In this document: positions 29,262-37,376 of the stretch, piece by piece | How positions within the stretch are numbered: position 1 is the first letter of the stretch | Layout: every line of letters begins with the position of its first letter | Assembly (NCBI GenBank): GCA_037444405.1 | Contig: JBBIML010000006.1 | Location: forward strand, 96,001-160,000 | DNA length: 64,000 nucleotides | From: Armatimonadota bacterium | Lineage (GTDB): Bacteria; Armatimonadota; Fimbriimonadia; Fimbriimonadales; GBS-DC | Reading direction: 5' to 3' | Position numbers and translations under genes: made by a program | The notes under the pieces: model-generated | Database searches by the model: none | What the model saw: the letters and a program-made list of their open reading frames with translations, nothing else | Told to the model about the DNA's origin: nothing

Positions 29262-32200
29262 CTATTTATCCACCGTGACGGCGACGCGGCGGCGCAGGGT
29301 CGCCTGAGCGGCAGCCAGGCGGGCGATCGGCACGCGATAGGGCGAACAGCTCACATAGTCCAGCCCCAGCTCATGGAAGAACTCGATGGAAGCCGGGTCG
29401 CCCCCATGCTCGCCACAGACGCCGATTTTGAGTTCGCGCCGAACCGCCCGACCCGCCCGCACCGCCATCTCGATGAGCTTGCCCACGCCCTCGCGATCCA
29501 GCGTCACGAACGGGTTCTCTGGCAGAATCTTCTGCTCCACATAATAGGCGAGGAACTTGCCTTCGGCATCGTCGCGACTGAAGCCGAACACGGTCTGCGT
29601 CAGGTCGTTCGTGCCGAAGGAGAAGAACTGGGTATGCTGGGCGATTTCGTCGGCGGTGAGCGCGGCGCGCGGGATTTCGATCATCGTGCCGAACTTGTAA
29701 TCGATCTGCACGCCCTCATGCGCCATCACCTCTTTGGCGACGCGCTCCAGATTGTCGCGCACCACCTTCAGCTCGTTCACATGCCCCACCAGCGGGATCA
29801 TAATCTCCACATGGGGGTCATAGCCGCGGCGTTGCGCTTCGGCAGCCGCCTCCATGATGGCGGTGACCTGCATCTCCACGATTTCGGGGTAGAGGATGGA
29901 CAGCCGCACGCCACGCAGACCCAGCATCGGGTTCGCCTCCATCAGCTCCTCCACACGCTGGAGCAGGCGCCGCTTCTCGTCCAGCTCGGGCGAATCGGGT
30001 GCGGTCAGCTCCAGCTGAACCACCTCCCGCAGAAGGTCGTCATAGCGGGGCAGGAACTCGTGCAGGGGCGGATCGATGAGCCGAATGGTGACGGGCAGCC
30101 CGCGCATCACCTCGAAAATGCCGAGGAAGTCCGCCCGCTGGAAGGGCAGCAGGCGGGAGAGCGCCTCGCGCCGCTCCTTCGCCGTCTTCGCGAGAATCAT
30201 CTCCTGCACAATCGGCAGGCGTTCCTCGCCGAAGAACATATGCTCGGTGCGAGCCAGCCCGATACCCTCTGCGCCGAATTCGAGCGCTTTGGCGGCGTCC
30301 TGCGGCGTGTCGGCGTTCGCTCGCACGCGCAGGCGTCGGAACTGGTCTGCCCATTTCAGCAGGGTCGCCATCTCGGCGCCGATCTCAGGCGCCTGCGTGG
30401 GCACACTGCCGAGATAGACGCGCCCCGTCGTGCCGTCGATGCTGATATAATCGCCCTCGCGCACGGTCAGCGTCTCGCCACCGACCTCCACGCTGAAGAG
30501 GGCGTTCTCCTCGTCCACGCTGATGGCTTCACAGCCGACGACGCAGGGGATGCCGAACCCGCGCGCGACGACAGCGGCGTGCGAGTTAGAGACCAGTATC
30601 GGCGTGAGCTGCGACGAAAATACGATATAGTTTTTGTCTAGCTCGTCGGTCGCGTCCACTTCGAAGTTGTAAACGATGGATTCCTCGCGTTCTGGCGCAA
30701 GCGACACACGCATGGAGCGTAAGGGCGACTCGAGCAACCGCGCCAGTTCGTCGCGGAGCGCGTCCGATGGGCATATGGGAAGGATATCACGCTGAATCTT
30801 GTCCACGCCGAACATGATGTTGCGCTTAATTGCTTGTCGCACGCGACCGTGATAGTTCACCTTGTCTACGATGTCGCCAAACAGCGCGCGCATACTGAAA
30901 CATTTCGTGGAATGGAGCCGTGTGGGAGGCTCCGCTTTCACGCGATGAGTACGCGACAGAATCTGATCAACGCCTTCGGTAATCTGAATCAGATACGCGC
31001 TTCGGTTGTTCGACACTTGCGGCAGAATGCCCAGTCGCAGGCACGCCAGCACAATAGCTTCCAGTAGCCACGGCTTGCGCTCGGAAACCACAATTTGCAC
31101 GCGCACAGCACGGGAAGCCGTCGAGTAGGAGCCGTCGCCGTCGATGTACCCTGCAAGGAAGTTTTGCAGCGCTTCTGCATCTGCCTGCAAGACCCAGCAG
31201 GTGAGGTTGGCGATGGCTTCCGCCAGACGCACGGCAGGTTCACGGCGGTAGCAGATGTAGTCGGCAACTTTACCCTCCACAGGACGCCCTTTGAGCATAC
31301 CTCTGGTGCAGCGGATGCGCGCCTCACTCAGGGAGTATCCGAACGCGGTCTGGAAGGCATCGCGTACTCGCTGAATGAATTCTGCTTTCTCGGCAGTCGG
31401 TTTTTGCACGAACACAACGCATCCTTTCGTTGGGGTAAGTCGGATGTGCCCGTTGGAGAGGAGAGCACCCAATACATAGGCGAACGCCGTCGAGTAGTGC
31501 GCCTCTCCCATCGGCGGGATCCAATCGACTGCCAGCAGATACTCCTGATTGTGGACGACCGCCTCCAGTGGAACCTTGCACAGTTGACACTTGCGCACAG
31601 TAAACATCTTATGGTCAGGCGTGATGCGAATCCAGTTGTTGCGCGACCGCCCCGTCTGGGAGACCTGCGCCCGTACAACCTCAGCAGGGCGTCGCCCAGC
31701 GGCGATGATGGGACGCCAGACTGGACGCATCGAGCGCGTGTCAAAAGACAGAATTTTCAGGGGCGCGCCTTCGGCAAACAGCTCGAACACGCGCTCTGCA
31801 GAGAGCAGCCCCTTGTCCGTCAGGACTCGCGTTTCCCCCGCGATACAGGTCATTCCCCCACGCGCTGTGAGAATACCTTTTGAGGCGAGCATGCCGCCTA
31901 CATCGTCGGGATTGGTCTCCGGGCGCACCAGAATCACAGGCTCATTACGGCTCCACTCGATGGCGCGGCGGGCGTCGAACACGGCGCGTCCGCTCGCAGC
32001 ACCAGGCGAGGCGCCCAGCCCCTGCGCAATCAGCGGGTATTCGCCCGTCGTTAGTGCCTGCTCGTCCAGATGCGGATGCAGCACCTGGTCTAAATGCGCG
32101 GGCGAGACGCGCAGCACCGCCTCATCACGCCCGATCAGACCCTCATGCACCATATCGACGGCAATCTTGACCGCCGCGCGACCCGTGCGCTTGCCCACCC

Positions 32201-33200
32201 GACACTGGAGCATCCAGAGCGTGCCCCGCTCGATGGTGAATTCCAGATCCATCATATCGCGATAGTGGCGCTCCAGTCGGTCGGCAATCTCCAGAAACTG
32301 CTGATACAGTTCGGGCATCCGCTCACGCAGGGCGTCCAGCGGCAGTGGCGTGCGGACGCCTGCCACCACATCCTCGCCCTGCGCGTTCGGCAGGAACTCG
32401 CCGTAAAGCACCTTCTCGCCCGTGGCAGGGTCGCGTGTGAACGCCACGCCGGTGCCCGAATCGTCGCCCATATTGCCGAACACCATCGCCTGCACATTGC
32501 ACGCCGTGCCCAGATCGTGTGGAATCTTCTCCCGCTCGCGATACACAATCGCCCGCTCGTTGTTCCACGAGCGGAACACCGCCTCAATCGCCATCTCCAG
32601 CTGGACAAAGGGCTCCTGTGGGAACTCTTTGCCATGCTCGCGCACAATCTGTTGGAACGCTTCCACCAGCTCCTTAAGCGATTCGGCGGGCACTTCGGTG
32701 TCCTGCGTCACGCCCAGCCGCGCCTTCAGCTCCGAAAATCGCTCCTCGAACAGCTTTTTGGGGATGTCCATCACCACATCGCTGAACATCATGATGAATC
32801 GGCGGTAGGCGTCGTACACGAAGCGCGGGTTCCTGGTGAGGCGAATCATGCCCTGCGCGGTGCGGTCGTTCAGTCCGAGATTGAGGATGGTGTCCATCAT
32901 GCCGGGCATGGAGAACTTGGCGCCGGAGCGCACGGAGACCAGCAGCGGGTTGTCGGGGTCGCCGAACCGCTTGCCAACCCGCTGCTCGACCACGGCGAGC
33001 TTCTCGCGCACCTCGTCCATCAGGTCGTCGGGCAGTCGCCCGCGGCGCATATAGTCGCGACACACATCGGTGGTGATAGTGAATCCGGGCGGTACGGGCA
33101 GCCCGATGTTGGTCATTTCCGCCAGATTGGCGCCCTTCCCGCCTAACAGGTCGCGCATGTCGGCGCGTCCTTCCTCAAAGAGATAGACCCGCTTCATCAT
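29262..33200 (-). CDS. ppdK: Pyruvate, phosphate dikinase (intein-containing)
   Basis: LLGGKGANLAEM, SVRSGAKFSMPGMMDT, GGMT|SHAAVVARG, EGIGLARTEHMF, FFSFGTNDLTQ, GVCGEHGG; GGAGG RBS. Confidence 0.97.
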   Translation of the reverse strand: MMKRVYLFEEGRADMRDLLGGKGANLAEMTNIGLPVPPGFTITTDVCRDYMRRGRLPDDLMDEVREKLAVVEQRVGKRFGDPDNPLLVSVRSGAKFSMPGMMDTILNLGLNDRTAQGMIRLTRNPRFVYDAYRRFIMMFSDVVMDIPKKLFEERFSELKARLGVTQDTEVPAESLKELVEAFQQIVREHGKEFPQEPFVQLEMAIEAVFRSWNNERAIVYREREKIPHDLGTACNVQAMVFGNMGDDSGTGVAFTRDPATGEKVLYGEFLPNAQGEDVVAGVRTPLPLDALRERMPELYQQFLEIADRLERHYRDMMDLEFTIERGTLWMLQCRVGKRTGRAAVKIAVDMVHEGLIGRDEAVLRVSPAHLDQVLHPHLDEQALTTGEYPLIAQGLGASPGAASGRAVFDARRAIEWSRNEPVILVRPETNPDDVGGMLASKGILTARGGMTCIAGETRVLTDKGLLSAERVFELFAEGAPLKILSFDTRSMRPVWRPIIAAGRRPAEVVRAQVSQTGRSRNNWIRITPDHKMFTVRKCQLCKVPLEAVVHNQEYLLAVDWIPPMGEAHYSTAFAYVLGALLSNGHIRLTPTKGCVVFVQKPTAEKAEFIQRVRDAFQTAFGYSLSEARIRCTRGMLKGRPVEGKVADYICYRREPAVRLAEAIANLTCWVLQADAEALQNFLAGYIDGDGSYSTASRAVRVQIVVSERKPWLLEAIVLACLRLGILPQVSNNRSAYLIQITEGVDQILSRTHRVKAEPPTRLHSTKCFSMRALFGDIVDKVNYHGRVRQAIKRNIMFGVDKIQRDILPICPSDALRDELARLLESPLRSMRVSLAPEREESIVYNFEVDATDELDKNYIVFSSQLTPILVSNSHAAVVARGFGIPCVVGCEAISVDEENALFSVEVGGETLTVREGDYISIDGTTGRVYLGSVPTQAPEIGAEMATLLKWADQFRRLRVRANADTPQDAAKALEFGAEGIGLARTEHMFFGEERLPIVQEMILAKTAKERREALSRLLPFQRADFLGIFEVMRGLPVTIRLIDPPLHEFLPRYDDLLREVVQLELTAPDSPELDEKRRLLQRVEELMEANPMLGLRGVRLSILYPEIVEMQVTAIMEAAAEAQRRGYDPHVEIMIPLVGHVNELKVVRDNLERVAKEVMAHEGVQIDYKFGTMIEIPRAALTADEIAQHTQFFSFGTNDLTQTVFGFSRDDAEGKFLAYYVEQKILPENPFVTLDREGVGKLIEMAVRAGRAVRRELKIGVCGEHGGDPASIEFFHELGLDYVSCSPYRVPIARLAAAQATLRRRVAVTVDK
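30585..31847 (-). mobile_element. Intein with LAGLIDADG homing endonuclease domain (421 aa)
   Basis: Block A CIAGETRV, block B TPDH, endonuclease motifs YVLGALLSNG and FLAGYIDGDG, block F VYNFEV, terminal VSN followed by +1 Ser. Removal restores GGMTSHAAVVARG. Confidence 0.95.
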
Positions 33201-33241
33201 TTCAACCTCCTGTTGATCGTGGATTGTTTCTGGCGGGAACA

Positions 33242-33430
33242 TGGCAGGGCGAGACTCGGCGCCCAGTTCCAGCCTCGCCGCGTCGCGAAAGCGGACACCC
33301 CCACCAGCTGAATTCTGGATGGCTGACGCTGCGCCTTAGCCGATAAGCGCGCTTCAGCCGCCCAGCAACGCACCTGCTGAAATCGTCCATTCTGGGGCAC
33401 CGCTGCCCACACCCTCTTAGACGCCCTCCG
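33242..33430 (-). ncRNA. Candidate ~190-nt rod-shaped RNA (6S-like RNA or structured ppdK leader)
   Basis: Nested helices: 33422-33428/33245-33251, 33392-33402/33257-33266, 33354-33365/33315-33326, plus an apical hairpin; promoter directly upstream. Confidence 0.45.
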
Positions 33431-33436
33431 CAGGCG

Positions 33437-33464
33437 ATTATACCCTCAAAATTGCCCATGTCGA
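33437..33464 (-). promoter_or_regulatory. Sigma70-like promoter for the structured RNA/ppdK
   Basis: Minus strand reads TCGACA-16 bp-TATAAT. Confidence 0.6.
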
Positions 33465-33573
33465 GCCTCTCAACAAGGATTTTGCGGGAGATGTCGGGTA
33501 GCTGTGAAATATTTGCCGAGAATGGGGCAGGAATCAGATAGGCGGTAACGAATCACCAATCTGAGGGTTAGCG

Positions 33574-33675
33574 ATGAAAAACTGGGCAACGGTCGGACTG
33601 ATGGTGTGGATAGGCACGCTCGCTGCACAGGCGCAGAGCGTGGAGCAGAGTTGTGCCTTATTCAAGGGGGCGTAA
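33574..33675 (+). pseudogene. Truncated secreted-protein gene remnant
   Basis: MKNWATVGLMVWIGTLAAQAQSVEQ.. looks like a signal peptide but stops after 33 aa; GAGG upstream. Confidence 0.35.
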
Positions 33676-33843
33676 GCATAGCAGTTTGAATACCGTCTGC
33701 CGCGCGGCTATCGCTTCGCAAGGATGTTTAGCAGACCGTCGACGATGATTGCTGGTCTCATGCCCCACACTCGCAGTGCAGGCAGTACACATATACCAGG
33801 ACTGCCGATGCGCCTTGCCTACAGACCAAGTGAAGACTTCCAT

Positions 33844-34665
33844 TCAGAGAGGAGAGCGGCGCAGGGGGGAGAGGGTCACTTCGGCGGTGGCAATCTCGGT
33901 CGGGCGGACGCCAAAGTGCGCGGCGGCGGAACCCTGATTGAGCGCAATCTCCAGATGACCGCTGCTGCCAAAGTATGCCACCGGCTCGCCCACCGCCACC
34001 TCGCCAAAGGTGCGCCGGAGAGGAATCGGCACACCCCTGAACCGAATCGTCGCCTCGCCATCGCCCGATAACCACGCACGGAACTGACGCTCCGGCAAAT
34101 CAAAAATCAGGTTGCCAAAGCCGTCGATGTGCAGCAGGTGCGTGCGGATGCCATCGGGCGATATTTCGGGGTCAATCGCGTCCAGTTGATGCAACGAGGC
34201 GGGGTCTATTGACGTGCCGAGCTGCTCCAGCGGGGTGCCGTTAAACAGGTGCGCGGCGACGGGCGCGAACAGGTCGCGCCCGTGAAAGGTGGCGCTCACT
34301 TCGGGCAGGAAGTAGCGCGGGTTGTCCAGCGCGACTACCCGCTGGAACGGGTCGATGCGCATCGCCAGCGACAGCAGCCCGTTATCGGGCGCGATATAGC
34401 GATGGCGTGACGCCTGCACCGCGACCGCCCGCCGCGCCGTGCCGACGCCCGGGTCCACCACCGCGACGATGTGCGTGCCATCAGGCAGGTGCGGGATGGC
34501 GGTCATCAGCAGGTACGCGCCGCTACGCCGATTGCCCGCAGGCACGCCGTGCGTCAAATCGAGCAGGCGCGCCTGCGGCGCCCGCTGCATCAGCACCGCC
34601 TTCAGCTGACCCACATAGGTGTCGGTGTAGCCGTAGTCGGTCAGCAGCGCGATAATCCCGCTCAC
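33844..34665 (-). CDS. SAM hydroxide adenosyltransferase / chlorinase-fluorinase family (DUF62)
   Basis: LLTDYG, VVDPGVGT, APDNGLL, SATFHGRDLFAP, IDGFGN. Confidence 0.92.
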   Translation of the reverse strand: MSGIIALLTDYGYTDTYVGQLKAVLMQRAPQARLLDLTHGVPAGNRRSGAYLLMTAIPHLPDGTHIVAVVDPGVGTARRAVAVQASRHRYIAPDNGLLSLAMRIDPFQRVVALDNPRYFLPEVSATFHGRDLFAPVAAHLFNGTPLEQLGTSIDPASLHQLDAIDPEISPDGIRTHLLHIDGFGNLIFDLPERQFRAWLSGDGEATIRFRGVPIPLRRTFGEVAVGEPVAYFGSSGHLEIALNQGSAAAHFGVRPTEIATAEVTLSPLRRSPL

Positions 34666-35108
34666 AGGTTCGCCTCCTCCAGCAGCGCGTGGCAGCAGTC
34701 GACCAGCCGGATTGTGCCCACGAACCGCCCTTCGCCCGTCACGGGCAGGGTGTCCAGCCCGTGCGCGTGCATCAGCGCAACCGCCTGCTCAATCGGAGCG
34801 CGTTCATCAATCGCGGGCGGGTTTGCCAGCATCCAGTCGGTGATGGGCGTCCGAGCATAAGCCTGTGCTTCGGGACGCAGGGTGTCCAGCGTCGGCAGCG
34901 GCTGACCGCTCCCGTACGCACTCAGAAAGCGTGCGAACAGCCGCTCGAACAGCTGGCGCTCCGTGACGATGCCCTGCAACACACCCTCGCCATCCAGCAC
35001 AGGCAGCAGCGTGACCTGATAGAGGTCTAACTTGTCCACCGCGTCCTGCAGGGTGGCGTCGGTGCGCAGGGTGGGCGCGTGCGTGTTGATGAACTCCAGC
35101 ACTCTCAT
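34662..35108 (-). CDS. CBS-domain pair protein
   Basis: LLPVLDGEGVLQGIVTE and LPVTGEGRFVGTI; start ATG 35108. Confidence 0.85.
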   Translation of the reverse strand: MRVLEFINTHAPTLRTDATLQDAVDKLDLYQVTLLPVLDGEGVLQGIVTERQLFERLFARFLSAYGSGQPLPTLDTLRPEAQAYARTPITDWMLANPPAIDERAPIEQAVALMHAHGLDTLPVTGEGRFVGTIRLVDCCHALLEEANL

Positions 35109-36244
35109 GATGGCAGACGGTTCACCTCGCGAATAATTGCCAGCGTGAGATCGACGCTGCGGGACAGATTGTCGATGCGCACAAACTCCTCGTGGGTATG
35201 CACTTTTTCCATCGCGGTGCCGACCACGCAGCAGGGCAATCCGCGCGCGATGAAGATGTTCGCGTCGGAGCCGCCGCCCGTGGGTCGCATGGGGGCTTCC
35301 AGCCCGATGGTATGAGCGGCAGACCGCACGATGCGCACGGGCAAGTCGTTCTCCGTGAGCTGGTAGCCCACATAGTGGCGCTCCACCTGAATCTCGGCAT
35401 CGCCGCCCCGCTCGCGCGCCGCCTGCTCGAAGCACTCGATCATATGGGCGATCTGCGCGTCCACTTTGGCGATGGTGCGGCTGCGGGCTTCGGCGCGGAT
35501 GCGCACTTCGGGGCAGACGATGTTGGTGGCGTGCCCGCCCTGAATCGCGCCGATGTTGGCGGTGGTCTCCTCGTCGATGCGTCCCAGTCGCATGCGGGCG
35601 ATGGCGTGCGCGGCGATTTCAATTGCGCTGATGCCCTTCTCTGGCTCCACGCCCGCGTGCGCAGGCTTGCCGATGAGGCGCACCTCCATCGTGTCGTGCG
35701 TGGGCGTCTGCGATACAATCGCGCCCACCGGCGGTCCCGAATCGTACACGAAGCCGAAGTCGCTCTCCACCAGGCTCATATCGAGCGCGCGGGCGCCTTT
35801 CAGTCCGATCTCCTCGCACACGGTCAACAGCAGTTGAATCTGCCCGTGCGGGAGGTTGTTCTCCACCACGATTCGGATGGCTTCCATGATCGCGCTCAGC
35901 CCCGCCTTGTCGTCCGCGCCCAGAATGGTGCTGCCATCGGTGCGGATGATGTCGCCTTCAATAATAATCTTCACATTCGGGTTCGGCTCGACGGTGTCGA
36001 GGTGGGCGCTGAAGAAGATTCGGGGCGCGCCGGAGATATTGGCGGGCAGGGTGGCGATGAGGTTATTCGCGTTGCCGTTGACGACCTGCGCGGCGTTATC
36101 TTCACGCACTTCCAGCCCCAGCCCGCGCAGGAAGCCCTTCACATACTCGGCAACCTCCCGCTCCTGACGCGAAGGCGAGTTGATGCTGCAGAGCGTGGTG
36201 AACAGCTCCACCAGACGATCCGACTGCACGCTGAGCGGCTCCAT
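35105..36244 (-). CDS. M20 peptidase T-like metallopeptidase
   Basis: SAHLDTV, LGADDKAG, EEIGL, AHAG, GGGSDAN, HTHEE; start ATG 36244. Confidence 0.9.
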   Translation of the reverse strand: MEPLSVQSDRLVELFTTLCSINSPSRQEREVAEYVKGFLRGLGLEVREDNAAQVVNGNANNLIATLPANISGAPRIFFSAHLDTVEPNPNVKIIIEGDIIRTDGSTILGADDKAGLSAIMEAIRIVVENNLPHGQIQLLLTVCEEIGLKGARALDMSLVESDFGFVYDSGPPVGAIVSQTPTHDTMEVRLIGKPAHAGVEPEKGISAIEIAAHAIARMRLGRIDEETTANIGAIQGGHATNIVCPEVRIRAEARSRTIAKVDAQIAHMIECFEQAARERGGDAEIQVERHYVGYQLTENDLPVRIVRSAAHTIGLEAPMRPTGGGSDANIFIARGLPCCVVGTAMEKVHTHEEFVRIDNLSRSVDLTLAIIREVNRLPS

Positions 36245-36300
36245 AGTGGGGGTTCGATTCGCGCTGGCTGGCTTCGTTCCTGCTTCCCGCTGGGGATCAG

Positions 36301-36380
36301 CCCCCTCACCCGTACCCTCTCCCCCGCGTGCGGGGGAGAGGGGCTTTTTGAACCTCCTCTCCCACAGCGGGGGAGAGGGA
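36301..36380. repeat. Two palindromic repeat units
   Basis: ccccctcacccgtaccctctcccccgcgtgcgggggagagggg and cctcctctcccacagcgggggagaggg. Confidence 0.85.
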
Positions 36381-36424
36381 TAAATAACTTCCTCTGGTGT
36401 GGGGTACAATAGGGCGCAGGCGAG

Positions 36425-37354
36425 ATGAGCTGGGTTGTGGGCGTGCAGGGCGCAGGCGCGGCGCTCGCTGCGGGTTGCGCCGTTGCGATTGGCAACTTCG
36501 ATGGCGTGCATCGGGGTCATCAGGCGATTGTGCAGCGGGCGCAGGCGTGGGCGCGGCAGGCAGGTGTGCCCGCTGTCGTGCTGACCTTTGACCCGCATCC
36601 GTCGGAGATCCTGCGCCCGCAGAATCCCGTTCCGCTGCTGTGCCCGCTCGCGCATCGGGTCGAACGCCTGCTTGCCTGCGGCGCCGACCTCGTGGTGGTG
36701 CAGCCCTTCACGCCTGACTTCTCGCGCCTGAGCGCGGACGCCTTCATCCAGCAGGTGCTGATTGAAGGGCTGAACGCGCGCGCGGTGGTGGTGGGCGTCG
36801 ATTTTCAGTTCGGGCATCAGCAGCAGGGCGATGTGGCGCTGCTGCGCCGTGAGGGGCGGTTCGAGGTGCTGACCGTGCCGCCCGTGCTGGATGAGAACGG
36901 CAAGCGCATCTCGTCCACCTACATTCGCCAGCTGGTTCAGGCGGGTGCGTTGCAACAGGCGGCGCAACTGCTCGGTGAGCCGTTCCGCTGGACCGGAATC
37001 GTGGTGCGGGGCGAATCGCGCGGGGCGACGCTGGGCTATCCGACGGCGAACCTTGTGCCTATTGGGCGACTGGTGCGCCCGCCCGAAGGGGTGTATGCGT
37101 GCCTTGCGGAGCTGGAGGGCAGGCGCTATGCGGCGGCGGTCAGCGTCGGCACGCCCCCGATGTTCCCTCACTCGCCCCCGCTTGTAGAAGCCTATCTGAT
37201 CGACTTCCCGCCACGCTCACTGTACGGGCGCATGCTCACGCTCCAGTTCATCCAGCGCCTGCGTCCCCAGCGCAAGTTCGAAAGCCTCGATGCGCTCGTG
37301 CAGCAGATGGCGCACGATGTGGAACAGACCCGCCAGCTGGTGACGGTCGATTAG
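36425..37354 (+). CDS. ribF: Bifunctional riboflavin kinase/FAD synthetase
   Basis: IGNFDGVHRGHQ, TFDPHP, ISSTYIR, LGYPTAN. Confidence 0.96.
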   Translation: MSWVVGVQGAGAALAAGCAVAIGNFDGVHRGHQAIVQRAQAWARQAGVPAVVLTFDPHPSEILRPQNPVPLLCPLAHRVERLLACGADLVVVQPFTPDFSRLSADAFIQQVLIEGLNARAVVVGVDFQFGHQQQGDVALLRREGRFEVLTVPPVLDENGKRISSTYIRQLVQAGALQQAAQLLGEPFRWTGIVVRGESRGATLGYPTANLVPIGRLVRPPEGVYACLAELEGRRYAAAVSVGTPPMFPHSPPLVEAYLIDFPPRSLYGRMLTLQFIQRLRPQRKFESLDALVQQMAHDVEQTRQLVTVD

Positions 37355-37376
37355 AGCGATGCAGACTACCTTCCGC

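Noticed and set aside
33242..33430. tRNA, SRP RNA or T-box interpretation of the structured region (3' end reads ..GCCA)
   Set aside because: No T-loop, SRP domain IV motif or T-box consensus; kept only as an unassigned rod-shaped RNA.
36245..37171. N-terminal extension of the 688-aa peptidase ORF
   Set aside because: Antisense to ribF and runs through repeats; the peptidase begins near 36244.
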